This document shows positions 19,974 through 28,623 of a DNA stretch of 32,000 nucleotides, piece by piece (position 1 is the stretch's first letter; each line of letters opens with the position of its first letter). Source of the DNA: an uncultured Methanomicrobiales archaeon. GTDB taxonomy: Archaea > Halobacteriota > Methanomicrobia > Methanomicrobiales > Methanospirillaceae. Under the pieces are notes generated by a model. It searched no databases. It was not told where the DNA came from and saw only the letters and a program-made list of their open reading frames with translations. The DNA lies in the NCBI GenBank assembly GCA_963697895.1, contig OY969100.1:333085-365084 (forward strand), written 5' to 3'. Both the position numbers and the translations under genes were made by a program.

Positions 19974-20809
19974 ATGCCTGGACCGTATTTTTTAACCTTT
20001 CGTATCGAAATTTCGGCCTTGTACCCTGCCTCGCAGATGATCGGATCGATAACCGGCGGCAGGTTTCCGGTGGTATGTACGTGGATCACGCTTCCCGAGC
20101 GGATATGTTCGAGGGCAACCGGAAGATACCTGACCGCCTCAAAGTGTCCCATCACGATCCGGTCATATGTTCCCGAGAGGAGATCGGCACAATCCCCATA
20201 TGATGCAGTGACGCGAGATTCAACCCGGTTTGCCGGGATATTCTGTTCCAGGTACCTGAACGCGACCGGATTGATCTCCATCGCGTGAACATACGCACCT
20301 TTCATGGCGACAGGAATGGTAAAGTATCCAATTCCTGCAAACATATCAGCGACCCGCTCACCCGGCGTGGTCAGCCGCTGCATGCGGACTTTTTCTTCAC
20401 GGTTTCCTTGGGCAAACATCACTCTGCAGGGGTTAAGGTGGAAGGTTATCCCCTGTTCCACGTGAACGGTCTCTCCCACACTTCCCGCCAGGAGCTCTGC
20501 ATCAGGGATTCGCTCTGCTCCCCGGAACGATTTGATCCAGATAACTCCGCGGGGACGTCGCCATCTGATGATCCGATCTATCTCATCAGGAACCGGTTTT
20601 TTTCCATGCAGGACGGCAATATCTCCGATCATCTGAAAACCGCGCCCCTTATAGGGGCTGCGATCAGGGATAATCCGCTCACAGGGGTATTCATCCTTTA
20701 CCGGAACGAACGCTTGCTCCCCTTCCACGTACGTGCGCCGACGGGTATCCGCCCACTCCTCGATCAGAATGTCTCCGAGCAATTTTCGCTCTACTACCCG
20801 GACACGCAT
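19940..20809 (-). CDS. Met-10+/Trm5-Taw2 family tRNA methyltransferase-like protein
   Basis: The ORF is 289 aa. It has the SAM motif VADMFAGIGYFTIP and an NP..F-type motif (EINPVAF). It starts 2 nt after the NMD3-like stop. Confidence 0.7.
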   Translation of the reverse strand: MRVRVVERKLLGDILIEEWADTRRRTYVEGEQAFVPVKDEYPCERIIPDRSPYKGRGFQMIGDIAVLHGKKPVPDEIDRIIRWRRPRGVIWIKSFRGAERIPDAELLAGSVGETVHVEQGITFHLNPCRVMFAQGNREEKVRMQRLTTPGERVADMFAGIGYFTIPVAMKGAYVHAMEINPVAFRYLEQNIPANRVESRVTASYGDCADLLSGTYDRIVMGHFEAVRYLPVALEHIRSGSVIHVHTTGNLPPVIDPIICEAGYKAEISIRKVKKYGPGIWHWVQDVRCR

Positions 20810-20811
20810 GT

Positions 20812-21849
20812 CTAATCCACCAGGATAAGGATATTTCCGTCCTTCAATACCTGCACCGTCTCTCCCGGGCCGATTTCGGACCGCTTTCCGACCGGAATCT
20901 CCCGGGTGATTCCGGTATCCTGTTCGATAACCCCGATTATGTCCCCGTCCCGGAACGCAACGAGGGCCTGCTTGGCATCACGGGAATTCCCGATCACCCG
21001 GTTCACCTCTTCCAGACGGGTGGTTCTGACCGTTCCACTCAGGAGATCGGTGTACCGGATACTTTGCTGATCGACCTGCATAACCTCCCCGTACCTCCCT
21101 TTAACCTCGATGATGTCTCCCCGGGAGAACCGCGGTAATCGCACCAAATAGGTGACCCGGTAAACCTGCCTTCCTGCCTTCTCACCGATGAGTTTCGGGT
21201 GGGTTGTAACCCTCCCTCCCAGTCTCCGGCAGATCGCAAGGGCAATTTCATGCCCTATATGCTGGGAACCAACGGTTATATCCAATCCATCCCGGGTCTC
21301 CTCGATCCTGACGATAAACGAGAGGCGTTCCCCGCCGGACTGCATCGCGTCTTCCAGCTCGGTCGCAATCCGTCCGGCTGTTTCCACTTCATGAAGGCTG
21401 GGTTTCCGTCCTGTAGCCCGGACCTGGACGACCCCTTCGTGGTAATTCCCGCTGATCCGGTTACAGCGGTCGCATTGTTCTTTCAGCCACGCAATCTCCA
21501 CCTGACATTCCCCTTCCACCGGGATGCCATAGAGCAGCCCCTCAACGGTGACACGGGCGGACGACCGGTTTACGGTGTTCTCCCGGATAGCCATCCGGAG
21601 GGAAACCTGTTCCAGGTTCGGGTGGAGATACAGGCCTGTCCGCACTAGTTCCGGCCCGAGGGAATCCCGATCGAGGGTGGTATCGGTCCAGGTATTCCCG
21701 GATTTCTGTGCGCCGCATACCGGACACCGGACACTGATCACCCGGGATTCCGATCGGAGCCAGGGAGTCTGCTCCACGCGGCATTGAGAGCATGTTCCCT
21801 CGTCTTTCACGGGTCTTCCGCAATGTGGACAGATCTGCTCGGTGATCAT
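20812..21849 (-). CDS. NMD3-family protein (archaeal homologue of the 60S export adaptor)
   Basis: The ORF is 345 aa. The N-terminus has Cys pairs CPHCG...CSQC and CPVCG. Overall length and layout are typical of archaeal NMD3-like proteins. Confidence 0.7.
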   Translation of the reverse strand: MITEQICPHCGRPVKDEGTCSQCRVEQTPWLRSESRVISVRCPVCGAQKSGNTWTDTTLDRDSLGPELVRTGLYLHPNLEQVSLRMAIRENTVNRSSARVTVEGLLYGIPVEGECQVEIAWLKEQCDRCNRISGNYHEGVVQVRATGRKPSLHEVETAGRIATELEDAMQSGGERLSFIVRIEETRDGLDITVGSQHIGHEIALAICRRLGGRVTTHPKLIGEKAGRQVYRVTYLVRLPRFSRGDIIEVKGRYGEVMQVDQQSIRYTDLLSGTVRTTRLEEVNRVIGNSRDAKQALVAFRDGDIIGVIEQDTGITREIPVGKRSEIGPGETVQVLKDGNILILVD

Positions 21850-21853
21850 TACA

Positions 21854-22147
21854 TCAGAGCCTGAGGATCTGGGCGTGCGGTATCGTTCCGAGCATTATAC
21901 AACCGGACTTATCGATGAACCCTCGGGAGATTGCGAGCGTGATAACCCTCGGTCCCATGAGGTTTGCATTTTCCGCCCGTTCAAGCGCTGAGCAGACCTC
22001 TTCCGGAGTAGCCGGACAGTTGCCGTAGAACTTTTCGGATACGCAGATATCGATATCACCATATTCTATGCGGGTATTCAGAAGTTCCCGATCACATGCG
22101 GCTACCACTTCATTGCCATCGGGTGTTCGGTGGATCTTTAAATACAT
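21854..22147 (-). CDS. DUF424-family small protein
   Basis: The ORF is 97 aa and begins MYLKIHRTPDGNEVVAACDRELL, which is typical of DUF424/COG2412. A TATA-like TTATATTTTTAATA lies at 22170-22183 upstream. Confidence 0.65.
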   Translation of the reverse strand: MYLKIHRTPDGNEVVAACDRELLNTRIEYGDIDICVSEKFYGNCPATPEEVCSALERAENANLMGPRVITLAISRGFIDKSGCIMLGTIPHAQILRL

Positions 22148-22282
22148 CGATCATTATGGGAGGGTTGCGCTATTAAAAATATAAGCCGTGACACCCGGAA
22201 CCGCCCGATCCCGAAGAATATCAGGATGTCAAAATTTCTATCCTCTCCGTATATGGCTTCTCCGGCTACGAGCAGGTCTGCC

Positions 22283-23110
22283 TCAAAGAACTATCTCGAC
22301 CCCGTATACCTGTGCCGGGGTCTCGGTGTGGATCCGGTGTACATCTTCCTCCTCGATCATCTCCTCACCCAGCAGCCGAAGGGTAAACCGTGGAACCGAT
22401 TTCGGACCGATTACAGCTCCTGGCCGGGAGAGTTCATCCATATAGTCGCTCTCCATCATGAACCTCCTTCCCGCACGACAGAGTTCAGGTATATCGGGAT
22501 TCCTGGCGATGAGGGAGGGGACGAGAGGGGTTTCCCCCGATCCGTAATGCTTTACAACCCGATCCGGTGGCATGCCGGCTTGACGCGCGATCTCCGGTAC
22601 ATCCGCACAGGGGCCGGACTCGGCATGTATCTGAACTGCACAGTCGCACCGGCTACCAAGGGAGAATGCATGGCGGAGCACCTGATTCGATGCGTTCCAT
22701 ACGGGATCCGGCACCTCGTAATGGGGGCGTCCACTTTTAAGGGCGTACGCCGACCCTTCGCGGATGTAATCCGCAGCAATATCAAGTCCCCCCTTCATGA
22801 TCATCACAGCATCCTCGAGGGACATGCTCTCAGACAGCTGGGTGAGCTCGGCTGGATGCACCCCGAGGATTGGAAAAACAACGAGGCCGATCTCGCGACA
22901 ACTACACGCAATGTGGAGGGTTTCGTCAAATATCTGAATGTAATCCTCAGGTGAACGAGGAAGGATTCCGTGGGAACCGGCCGGTTTGTTAACCAGGAAG
23001 AGATGTGTGCCCCCGACACGCTGAAAATCACGTGCCGCCTCGATACCCCGCCCGTTAACCGGGTCCAGGTGAATATGATCATCGGTGATCGGAAACGGAG
23101 GCGTCTTCAT
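22283..23110 (-). CDS. TatD-related metal-dependent hydrolase (TIM barrel)
   Basis: The ORF is 275 aa. The N-terminal metal-binding motif is ITDDHIHLD. Later His/Asp ligands are present (VQIHAE, HYGSG). Confidence 0.7.
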   Translation of the reverse strand: MKTPPFPITDDHIHLDPVNGRGIEAARDFQRVGGTHLFLVNKPAGSHGILPRSPEDYIQIFDETLHIACSCREIGLVVFPILGVHPAELTQLSESMSLEDAVMIMKGGLDIAADYIREGSAYALKSGRPHYEVPDPVWNASNQVLRHAFSLGSRCDCAVQIHAESGPCADVPEIARQAGMPPDRVVKHYGSGETPLVPSLIARNPDIPELCRAGRRFMMESDYMDELSRPGAVIGPKSVPRFTLRLLGEEMIEEEDVHRIHTETPAQVYGVEIVL

Positions 23111-23441
23111 CGCATTCCACGATCTCCATCAGAGGATATCCGCCGGCTCTGTGCAACCGCGCATGACAGGAGGCTGTTCCTACCCGTGTTCTGATCTCCA
23201 CATCAAACATTAATCCCTGGACCTCTGAATACCCGAAGGCATTGGGATTCATCAGTCCTCTGTCGAGTCTCACCTTAATTTCCTCGACGAAAGGCTGCAA
23301 AATCACGCTTTTTTCGATCGCCTGCTCGATCACCGGGGATATAGCCGGAGAGACCGGTGTGCCGACCCACTGATGATAGAGGGCGCCGAGTTTGATCGCC
23401 GCTTCAAATATTGCGCGATCCCGGTCGCTCGCCATGATCAA
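23079..23441 (-). CDS. mptD: Archaeal dihydroneopterin aldolase-like protein (MptD / COG2098 family, methanopterin biosynthesis)
   Basis: The ORF is 120 aa. The stretch RAIFEAAIKLGALYHQWVGTPVS resembles the MJ0408 family as I recall it. No search was run. Confidence 0.55.
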   Translation of the reverse strand: MIMASDRDRAIFEAAIKLGALYHQWVGTPVSPAISPVIEQAIEKSVILQPFVEEIKVRLDRGLMNPNAFGYSEVQGLMFDVEIRTRVGTASCHARLHRAGGYPLMEIVECDEDASVSDHR

Positions 23442-23466
23442 GGATAGGGGGTCACGGGTTATTAAA

Positions 23467-23487
23467 AGAGGATCCTTCAGATCCTCT
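23467..23487 (-). terminator. Perfect 8-bp hairpin followed by TTTT downstream of mcm
   Basis: The stem is AGAGGATC paired with GATCCTCT, with a 5-nt loop. On the minus strand it is followed by TTTTAATAA. It lies between the mcm stop (23560) and the mptD start (23441). Confidence 0.4.
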
Positions 23488-23559
23488 CAAAGGAAAATAT
23501 ATTAAGGTGGGAGATGGAAGAGGTCGCTTTTCCGGTAAATTCCGGCCATTTCCGGGGAT

Positions 23560-25695
23560 CTAGAGAAGTTTAATATTTCCCGACTTTGGCTCCATCGCCT
23601 CACCACCCCGGCGGAGCATCTCCAGCACGTTGAGTATATCATCCCGGGAAAATCCGCGCTGGGCTATGAGACCGATCACATCGTCCACCTTCGCCCATCC
23701 GCTCGGATCGGCGATATCCCGAATCACCTCCTTCGTGGTCCTGATCAGATCCCTTTTCCCCTTGGAGATCCCGGTGACGACTTTATCGATATCGAATGTT
23801 CCGGACTTTGCATCATACGCCACCTGTCGAAGGCAGGTATCGACGATATTGACCACCCGTTCTGCATCTGTCAGTTCGATCGTGTTGGAGAGCCGAATAC
23901 GTGCACTTGCCTCTGCAAGCCTCACAAGAGCCTCCAACTGCCGTGCCGTTACCGGCACGGGTTTATTGGTATCTGCAAGGTCCCGGAGTTTCATATAGTA
24001 AGCGATGAGAGATTCCTTTGCCTCCGACGTGAGGCGCGGGAAACAGGTCCGTTTTGCAAATGCCACATATTTCCGGAAGAACTGGGGATCTATGTCCGGT
24101 GTCACGGGCTTTAATTGTTCCTTTATGAACTCATCCGTCACCCCGTGGATCGGGGAATGGGCATGCTGGACCATCAGCTCCCCAATTCCATGTGCCTTGA
24201 GGATGTGATCCGCGATAGCGCTGTCACGCTTATGATCGGGACGATCCGTCATGATAAAGATAAGGTCGAACCGGGAGAGGAGTGAGGCTGGCATATTTAT
24301 CTGGTCACCAATCGGCGCGAAATCATCAAACCTGCCATATTTGGGATTGGCTGCCCCGAGGAGGGCACACCGGGACTTGAGCGTCGCTGTAATGCCGGCT
24401 TTTGCCACACTGATGGACTGCTGCTCCATCGCTTCATGGAGTGCACTCCGGTCCTCTTTATGCATCTTGTCCATCTCATCGACTGCAGCGATTCCCTTAT
24501 CTGCCAGGACGAGCGCTCCTGCCTCCAGCGTCCATCGTCCATCCCCGAACTCATCCTTCACTGCCGTTGCGGTGAGGCCTGCGGATGTCGAGGATTGTCC
24601 ACTCGTATAGATCGCCCGCGGTGAGAGCTTGACGACGTACCTGAGGAGCTGACTCTTCGCGATCCCCGGATCACCAATGAGGAGCACATGGATATCCCCA
24701 CGAAGATGACTTCCGTCCGGCATTTCCTTGGCTATTCCTCCGAAGATCTGGAGTGCGATCGCTTCCTTAACGTCTTCGTTCCCGTAGATGGTCGGCGCAA
24801 TCGAATGGACGATCTTCCGATAGACCTGCGGGTCTTTTGAAAGGTTCCGGATCTCTCCCTCATCCCTCTCGTTGATCTCCACCTCCTCAAATTCCTTCTC
24901 TGCGATCTCGATGGAATTGCACTCCATATAGATGTCAAATATCGTGCTCTTGTCCCCGTGTGTGATCCTCTGAACAGACCGCAGTATCCCGTTCACGACG
25001 ATACGATCTCCGGGAGCTACGATTCCGGTCAGGTCGTCTGTGACATCGACATCGATCGTCTGGGGCTGTTCTCCTCCGCGCAACCCTTCGGGCGATTCCT
25101 GAATCCGCAATTTCTGGGAATCAACAAACCGTGAACGCTTCGGCACAAGCTCGATCTTTTTAAAGGTGCATCCGTCTGTGGCACAACCGTCCGGCTCCTG
25201 GAATTTCCCGTATCCCTGTTTCTTCTCGGTAAAGTGACCGGCCGGGCAACGGAAGACCGCATGGACAACCCGCGGCCTTACTTCGGTCGTCTTTCGAAGG
25301 ATGCCCTCAACGCTGATGAACCGGTTGATGTCATCTGCCCGAATCTCGCGAATACCAGTCTTCCTTGGGAGATTGATGAACCGAATGTTGATGGTCGTCC
25401 CTTCTTTCTTATTCCGGGCCCTGAACAGCTGGTGGTTTTTGATGGCATTCTGCACATCCTCCAGCACTTTGCCCGGGTTTTCCAGGATTTCATCTGCTAT
25501 CCGGGTTCCCGTCTTCCCGTAACTGACCACATCCCGATAGTCGATCGCGAGCGAACGCCTGAAAGGATACTCCCGCGTCAGCTCACCAAGTTGTTTTTTA
25601 TACCGTGATTTGAGGAATTTACTCCAGTCGGCATCCCGGTCCGTTATCTCCGGGTTTTCCGTTTCCTGCATTTCTCCCATGTAACTTCCTCTCAT
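23560..25695 (-). CDS. mcm: Minichromosome maintenance (MCM) replicative helicase
   Basis: The ORF is 711 aa. Walker A is GDPGIAKS and Walker B is [26 protein letters not shown] and the Arg finger SRFDLIF are present. No intein is visible. The start shares an ATGA overlap with the rfcS stop (25692-25695). Confidence 0.95.
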   Translation of the reverse strand: MRGSYMGEMQETENPEITDRDADWSKFLKSRYKKQLGELTREYPFRRSLAIDYRDVVSYGKTGTRIADEILENPGKVLEDVQNAIKNHQLFRARNKKEGTTINIRFINLPRKTGIREIRADDINRFISVEGILRKTTEVRPRVVHAVFRCPAGHFTEKKQGYGKFQEPDGCATDGCTFKKIELVPKRSRFVDSQKLRIQESPEGLRGGEQPQTIDVDVTDDLTGIVAPGDRIVVNGILRSVQRITHGDKSTIFDIYMECNSIEIAEKEFEEVEINERDEGEIRNLSKDPQVYRKIVHSIAPTIYGNEDVKEAIALQIFGGIAKEMPDGSHLRGDIHVLLIGDPGIAKSQLLRYVVKLSPRAIYTSGQSSTSAGLTATAVKDEFGDGRWTLEAGALVLADKGIAAVDEMDKMHKEDRSALHEAMEQQSISVAKAGITATLKSRCALLGAANPKYGRFDDFAPIGDQINMPASLLSRFDLIFIMTDRPDHKRDSAIADHILKAHGIGELMVQHAHSPIHGVTDEFIKEQLKPVTPDIDPQFFRKYVAFAKRTCFPRLTSEAKESLIAYYMKLRDLADTNKPVPVTARQLEALVRLAEASARIRLSNTIELTDAERVVNIVDTCLRQVAYDAKSGTFDIDKVVTGISKGKRDLIRTTKEVIRDIADPSGWAKVDDVIGLIAQRGFSRDDILNVLEMLRRGGEAMEPKSGNIKLL

Positions 25696-26664
25696 TTACC
25701 GCTGCGCCGGGCGTGCATCACGAACTGGGCAATCAGGGCTTCCATCTGGATCTCCGTGTCGGCGCCTTCGGAGAGGCGGAAATCGGTGACCCCGAGCCGG
25801 TCTATCAAAGCCACTTTTAAACCCTGATCCATGTCTCTTTTAACCAATGCGCGGTAACATTGGCTTATTAATTCCGGTGGGGCGATTCCCCGTTCGTTCA
25901 GCAGGCGATCCATTACCATCTCAGCCCCGTCGAAATCGCCCGACAGGGAGAGAGCTGAGCAGCTCTTCGATCTCATCCGGCCGGGCACTCGATGTAATGG
26001 CATATACCCGCCCTGCATCGATATCCGGGCTGATGATCGCTGCGCCCTGCAGGGCATTGATCGCCTTTCGCATGTCTCCCTGGGAGATGTACACGATCGC
26101 GTCGAGAGCTCCGTCGGTAAGATTCAAGCCCTCGCATTGAGCGATTCGGAGCATCTCTTTGATAACTGCATCCCTTCTCAGTGGTCTGAAACGATAAATT
26201 GCACACCGGCTCTGGATGGGATCGATGATCTTCGAGGAATAGTTGCAGGAGAGAATGAACCGGCATGTCTGGGCAAAATTTTCCATGGTCCTTCGGAGGG
26301 CGGACTGTGCATCCGGGGTGAGCGCATCCGCCTCGTCGAGGAAGAGGATCTTGAAGCCTGCACCGCCAAGGGGGGAAGTCCGTGCGAACTGCTTGATCTG
26401 GTTCCGCACGACGTCAATTCCCCGCTCGTCCGAAGCATTCAGTTCCCGAAAATTCAGGTGCCAGTTATCTTTGAAAAATTCCCGTGCAAGGGCTACTGCT
26501 GCGGTCGTCTTCCCGACTCCGGCACTCCCGGTGAACAGAAGGTGCGGCAGACTCCCACTCCTGACATACGATGCGAGTCGCTCGATGATCTCTTCCTGCC
26601 CCACGATATCCGCCAGTTTCAGGGGCCGGTATTTCTCTATCCATATTGCCTGGCTCTCCTCCAT
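25692..26664 (-). pseudogene. rfcS: Canonical replication factor C small subunit of about 323 aa, interrupted by a single +1 frame change near 25953-25957 (ORF halves 25921-26664 and 25692-26057)
   Basis: It contains WIEKYRP, Walker [10 protein letters not shown], Walker B FLDEADAL and SRC. The upstream frame ends ...[21 protein letters not shown]. The other frame continues [32 protein letters not shown]...[17 protein letters not shown], which is the normal RFC C-terminal domain. Skipping one base at 25956 gives the same spacing as the P. furiosus RFCS sequence as I recall it (ARP + 7 + 8 residues to ..G.F). Confidence 0.85.
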
Positions 26665-27088
26665 GAATGACCACTCCCTCTCCCAGTTAGATCATGATCT
26701 ACAATGATGTAATCTATTCTCTATATGATTCCCTCCCGCGTGGTGCGGAGGTGAAGAAGTGTGCCTTTATACTAGTAGCTATCCGTGGAAAGCGTTTCGT
26801 TAATCTTGAATCATCATTTTCCAATCTCATCCCGGTGAATTCATTCTGGTGTGAACCGATGCCTGCACCACATTGCGCACCAGAGAGGAATATCTGTCTT
26901 CTATGAAGGAATGCAAGGTTTATTCCAGCCAAGGGAATGGATGGATGAGTGTTCACAAACAGAAGGGATATCACCTGATATGTCAAAAAAATACGGGTAC
27001 ATGCATTGCTTGCATCTGTGGATCGGTTCTCTTGGATCGGAGGAGATCAGCTAGGCGAAGCCAATATTAATAGGCCGCAGGGAAGGAG

Positions 27089-27862
27089 ATGGAAGCAGCA
27101 GCACGGGTATTTGCGGGCGAATTCAATCTGACCACGCTCGAGGTGGAAGCGAACGAGCCGGGCGACTCCACCGGGGTTATCACCCCGGGGGGATTGCACT
27201 GTACCCGTCTCTTCCTTTCAGGAGCCCTCATCTCGGTCGAGGGGAGTAAAGGTGAAGGGATGCATGCCCGGCTGGCAGACCCGACCGGGGTCTTTGGCAT
27301 CTCCACGGACTGGCGTGATGACCATGTCTCTTCGATCCTTGCATATTTCACGCCTCCGGTCTTCGTTACCGCCATCGGCATGGCACGGCTATTCAGGCGG
27401 GGTGGAAAAGCCATCCCCGGGGTAACACTCTCTGAAATCAGGGAAGCAGGAAGAGATGTGAGGGACACCTGGGTGATCCATACCGCCGCCGACTCACTCA
27501 TCCGACTCCGGGCATTGCAGGCAGCGGTAAGTGGCGGCCCCTCCCCGGGCGATATGAATCGGGTAATATCCCACTATCGGGTTGACCGACAGATGATACA
27601 CTGTCTAGCCGGAATCGCAAGATCAGCACTTGATAAGGTGACTCCTATTTCCGGAGGAGCGATTTCACCGCGTGAAGACAGGGAAGTCATTTATGAGATC
27701 ATCACCGCACAGAGCGGTCCGCGGGGGATTGCTGTGACCGACCTTATCTCACGCGCCGGAACAAAGGGTCTCGATGAAGCCGCCGTTACCCGGGTGCTCG
27801 AGGCACTGATACGGGAAGATGAATGTTACCAACCATCGCCGGGGATCATTAAGCTCTTATGA
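27089..27862 (+). CDS. RPA-associated OB-fold protein (RPAP / COG3390-like) with a C-terminal winged-helix
   Basis: The ORF is 257 aa. The call rests on gene context, since it is followed by a phosphoesterase and an Lhr helicase. The C-terminus is wH-like (EVIYEIITAQSGPRGIAVTDLISRAGTKGLDEAAVTRVLEALIREDECY). Family assignment is from memory. Confidence 0.5.
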   Translation: MEAAARVFAGEFNLTTLEVEANEPGDSTGVITPGGLHCTRLFLSGALISVEGSKGEGMHARLADPTGVFGISTDWRDDHVSSILAYFTPPVFVTAIGMARLFRRGGKAIPGVTLSEIREAGRDVRDTWVIHTAADSLIRLRALQAAVSGGPSPGDMNRVISHYRVDRQMIHCLAGIARSALDKVTPISGGAISPREDREVIYEIITAQSGPRGIAVTDLISRAGTKGLDEAAVTRVLEALIREDECYQPSPGIIKLL

Positions 27863-28623
27863 GACTCGAATTCATCGATTCCGGTCCGGCTCTGGTGGTC
27901 GAGGGAGATTCGAACCGTGTCCTGGTGGCCGCTGACCTGCACCTGGGAATCGAGGCAGACATGGCAGGTCATGGGCTGCATTTCCCGAGCGGGAGCTTCC
28001 GGAGGCAGGAGCGGCTCATCGGGTGTATCCGGGAGACAGATCCGGACCAGATCCTCCTCCTCGGGGATATAAAACACAGTATACCCGGGACAACGCGTCA
28101 GGAATACCGTGAGCTCCCGTCATTGATTGCCGCTCTCCGGCGGGAAGCCCCGATCCGGATAGCACCCGGAAATCATGACCCGGGGCTGGAACGGTTTCTC
28201 GATCCGGACGAACTGCTTCCCATGGATGGAGCACTTATCGATGATGTCGGGTATCTCCATGGTCATACCTATCCGGCCCAGGCACTTGCAGGACACCTTA
28301 TCATAACAGGGCACCATCATCCGCTGGTCTCACTCCGGGATGAAGTCGGATGTTCTCTCCGGGCCCCCGCATATCTTCTGGCGGATATTGCGGGTAAATG
28401 TTTCCGGACGGGGGCATCCGGGGAGGAAAAAACGACCCGTGCGCTTTTCGTTCCTGCATTCAACGAGTATGCAGGTTATGACATCCTCCAGATCCTTGAC
28501 AAACCATTCAGCCCGCTTTCCCGCTGTATTCAACGCGAGAGCGCGGAGATCTTCCTCGCCGACGGGACATTTGTCGGACCGATCTCAGTGGTGGAGACCC
28601 GTGAACCGCATCAGACATCTTGA
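27859..28623 (+). CDS. Calcineurin-like metallophosphoesterase (Rpe / COG1407-like)
   Basis: The motifs are DLHLG, GDIKH, GNHD, GHTYP and GHHHP. It overlaps the upstream gene by 4 nt (27859-27862). Confidence 0.8.
   Translation: MRLEFIDSGPALVVEGDSNRVLVAADLHLGIEADMAGHGLHFPSGSFRRQERLIGCIRETDPDQILLLGDIKHSIPGTTRQEYRELPSLIAALRREAPIRIAPGNHDPGLERFLDPDELLPMDGALIDDVGYLHGHTYPAQALAGHLIITGHHHPLVSLRDEVGCSLRAPAYLLADIAGKCFRTGASGEEKTTRALFVPAFNEYAGYDILQILDKPFSPLSRCIQRESAEIFLADGTFVGPISVVETREPHQTS

Noticed and set aside
26704-26816. C/D-box sRNA candidates in the rfcS/RPAP spacer (ATGATGT at 26704-26710 on the + strand; ATGATGA on the minus strand at 26810-26816)
   Set aside because: No properly spaced D or D' (CTGA) boxes and no terminal stem were found around either C-box-like heptamer.
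26665-27088. Replication origin next to mcm/rfcS
   Set aside because: There is no orc1/cdc6 gene in the window. I saw no ORB-like long inverted repeats flanking an AT-rich unwinding element, only short 8-nt repeats.
27908-27916. tRNA T-loop-like GGTTCGAAT (minus strand)
   Set aside because: The flanking bases do not form a T-stem or an acceptor stem. The site lies inside the well-supported phosphoesterase CDS. No tRNA-like structure was found in any intergenic region.
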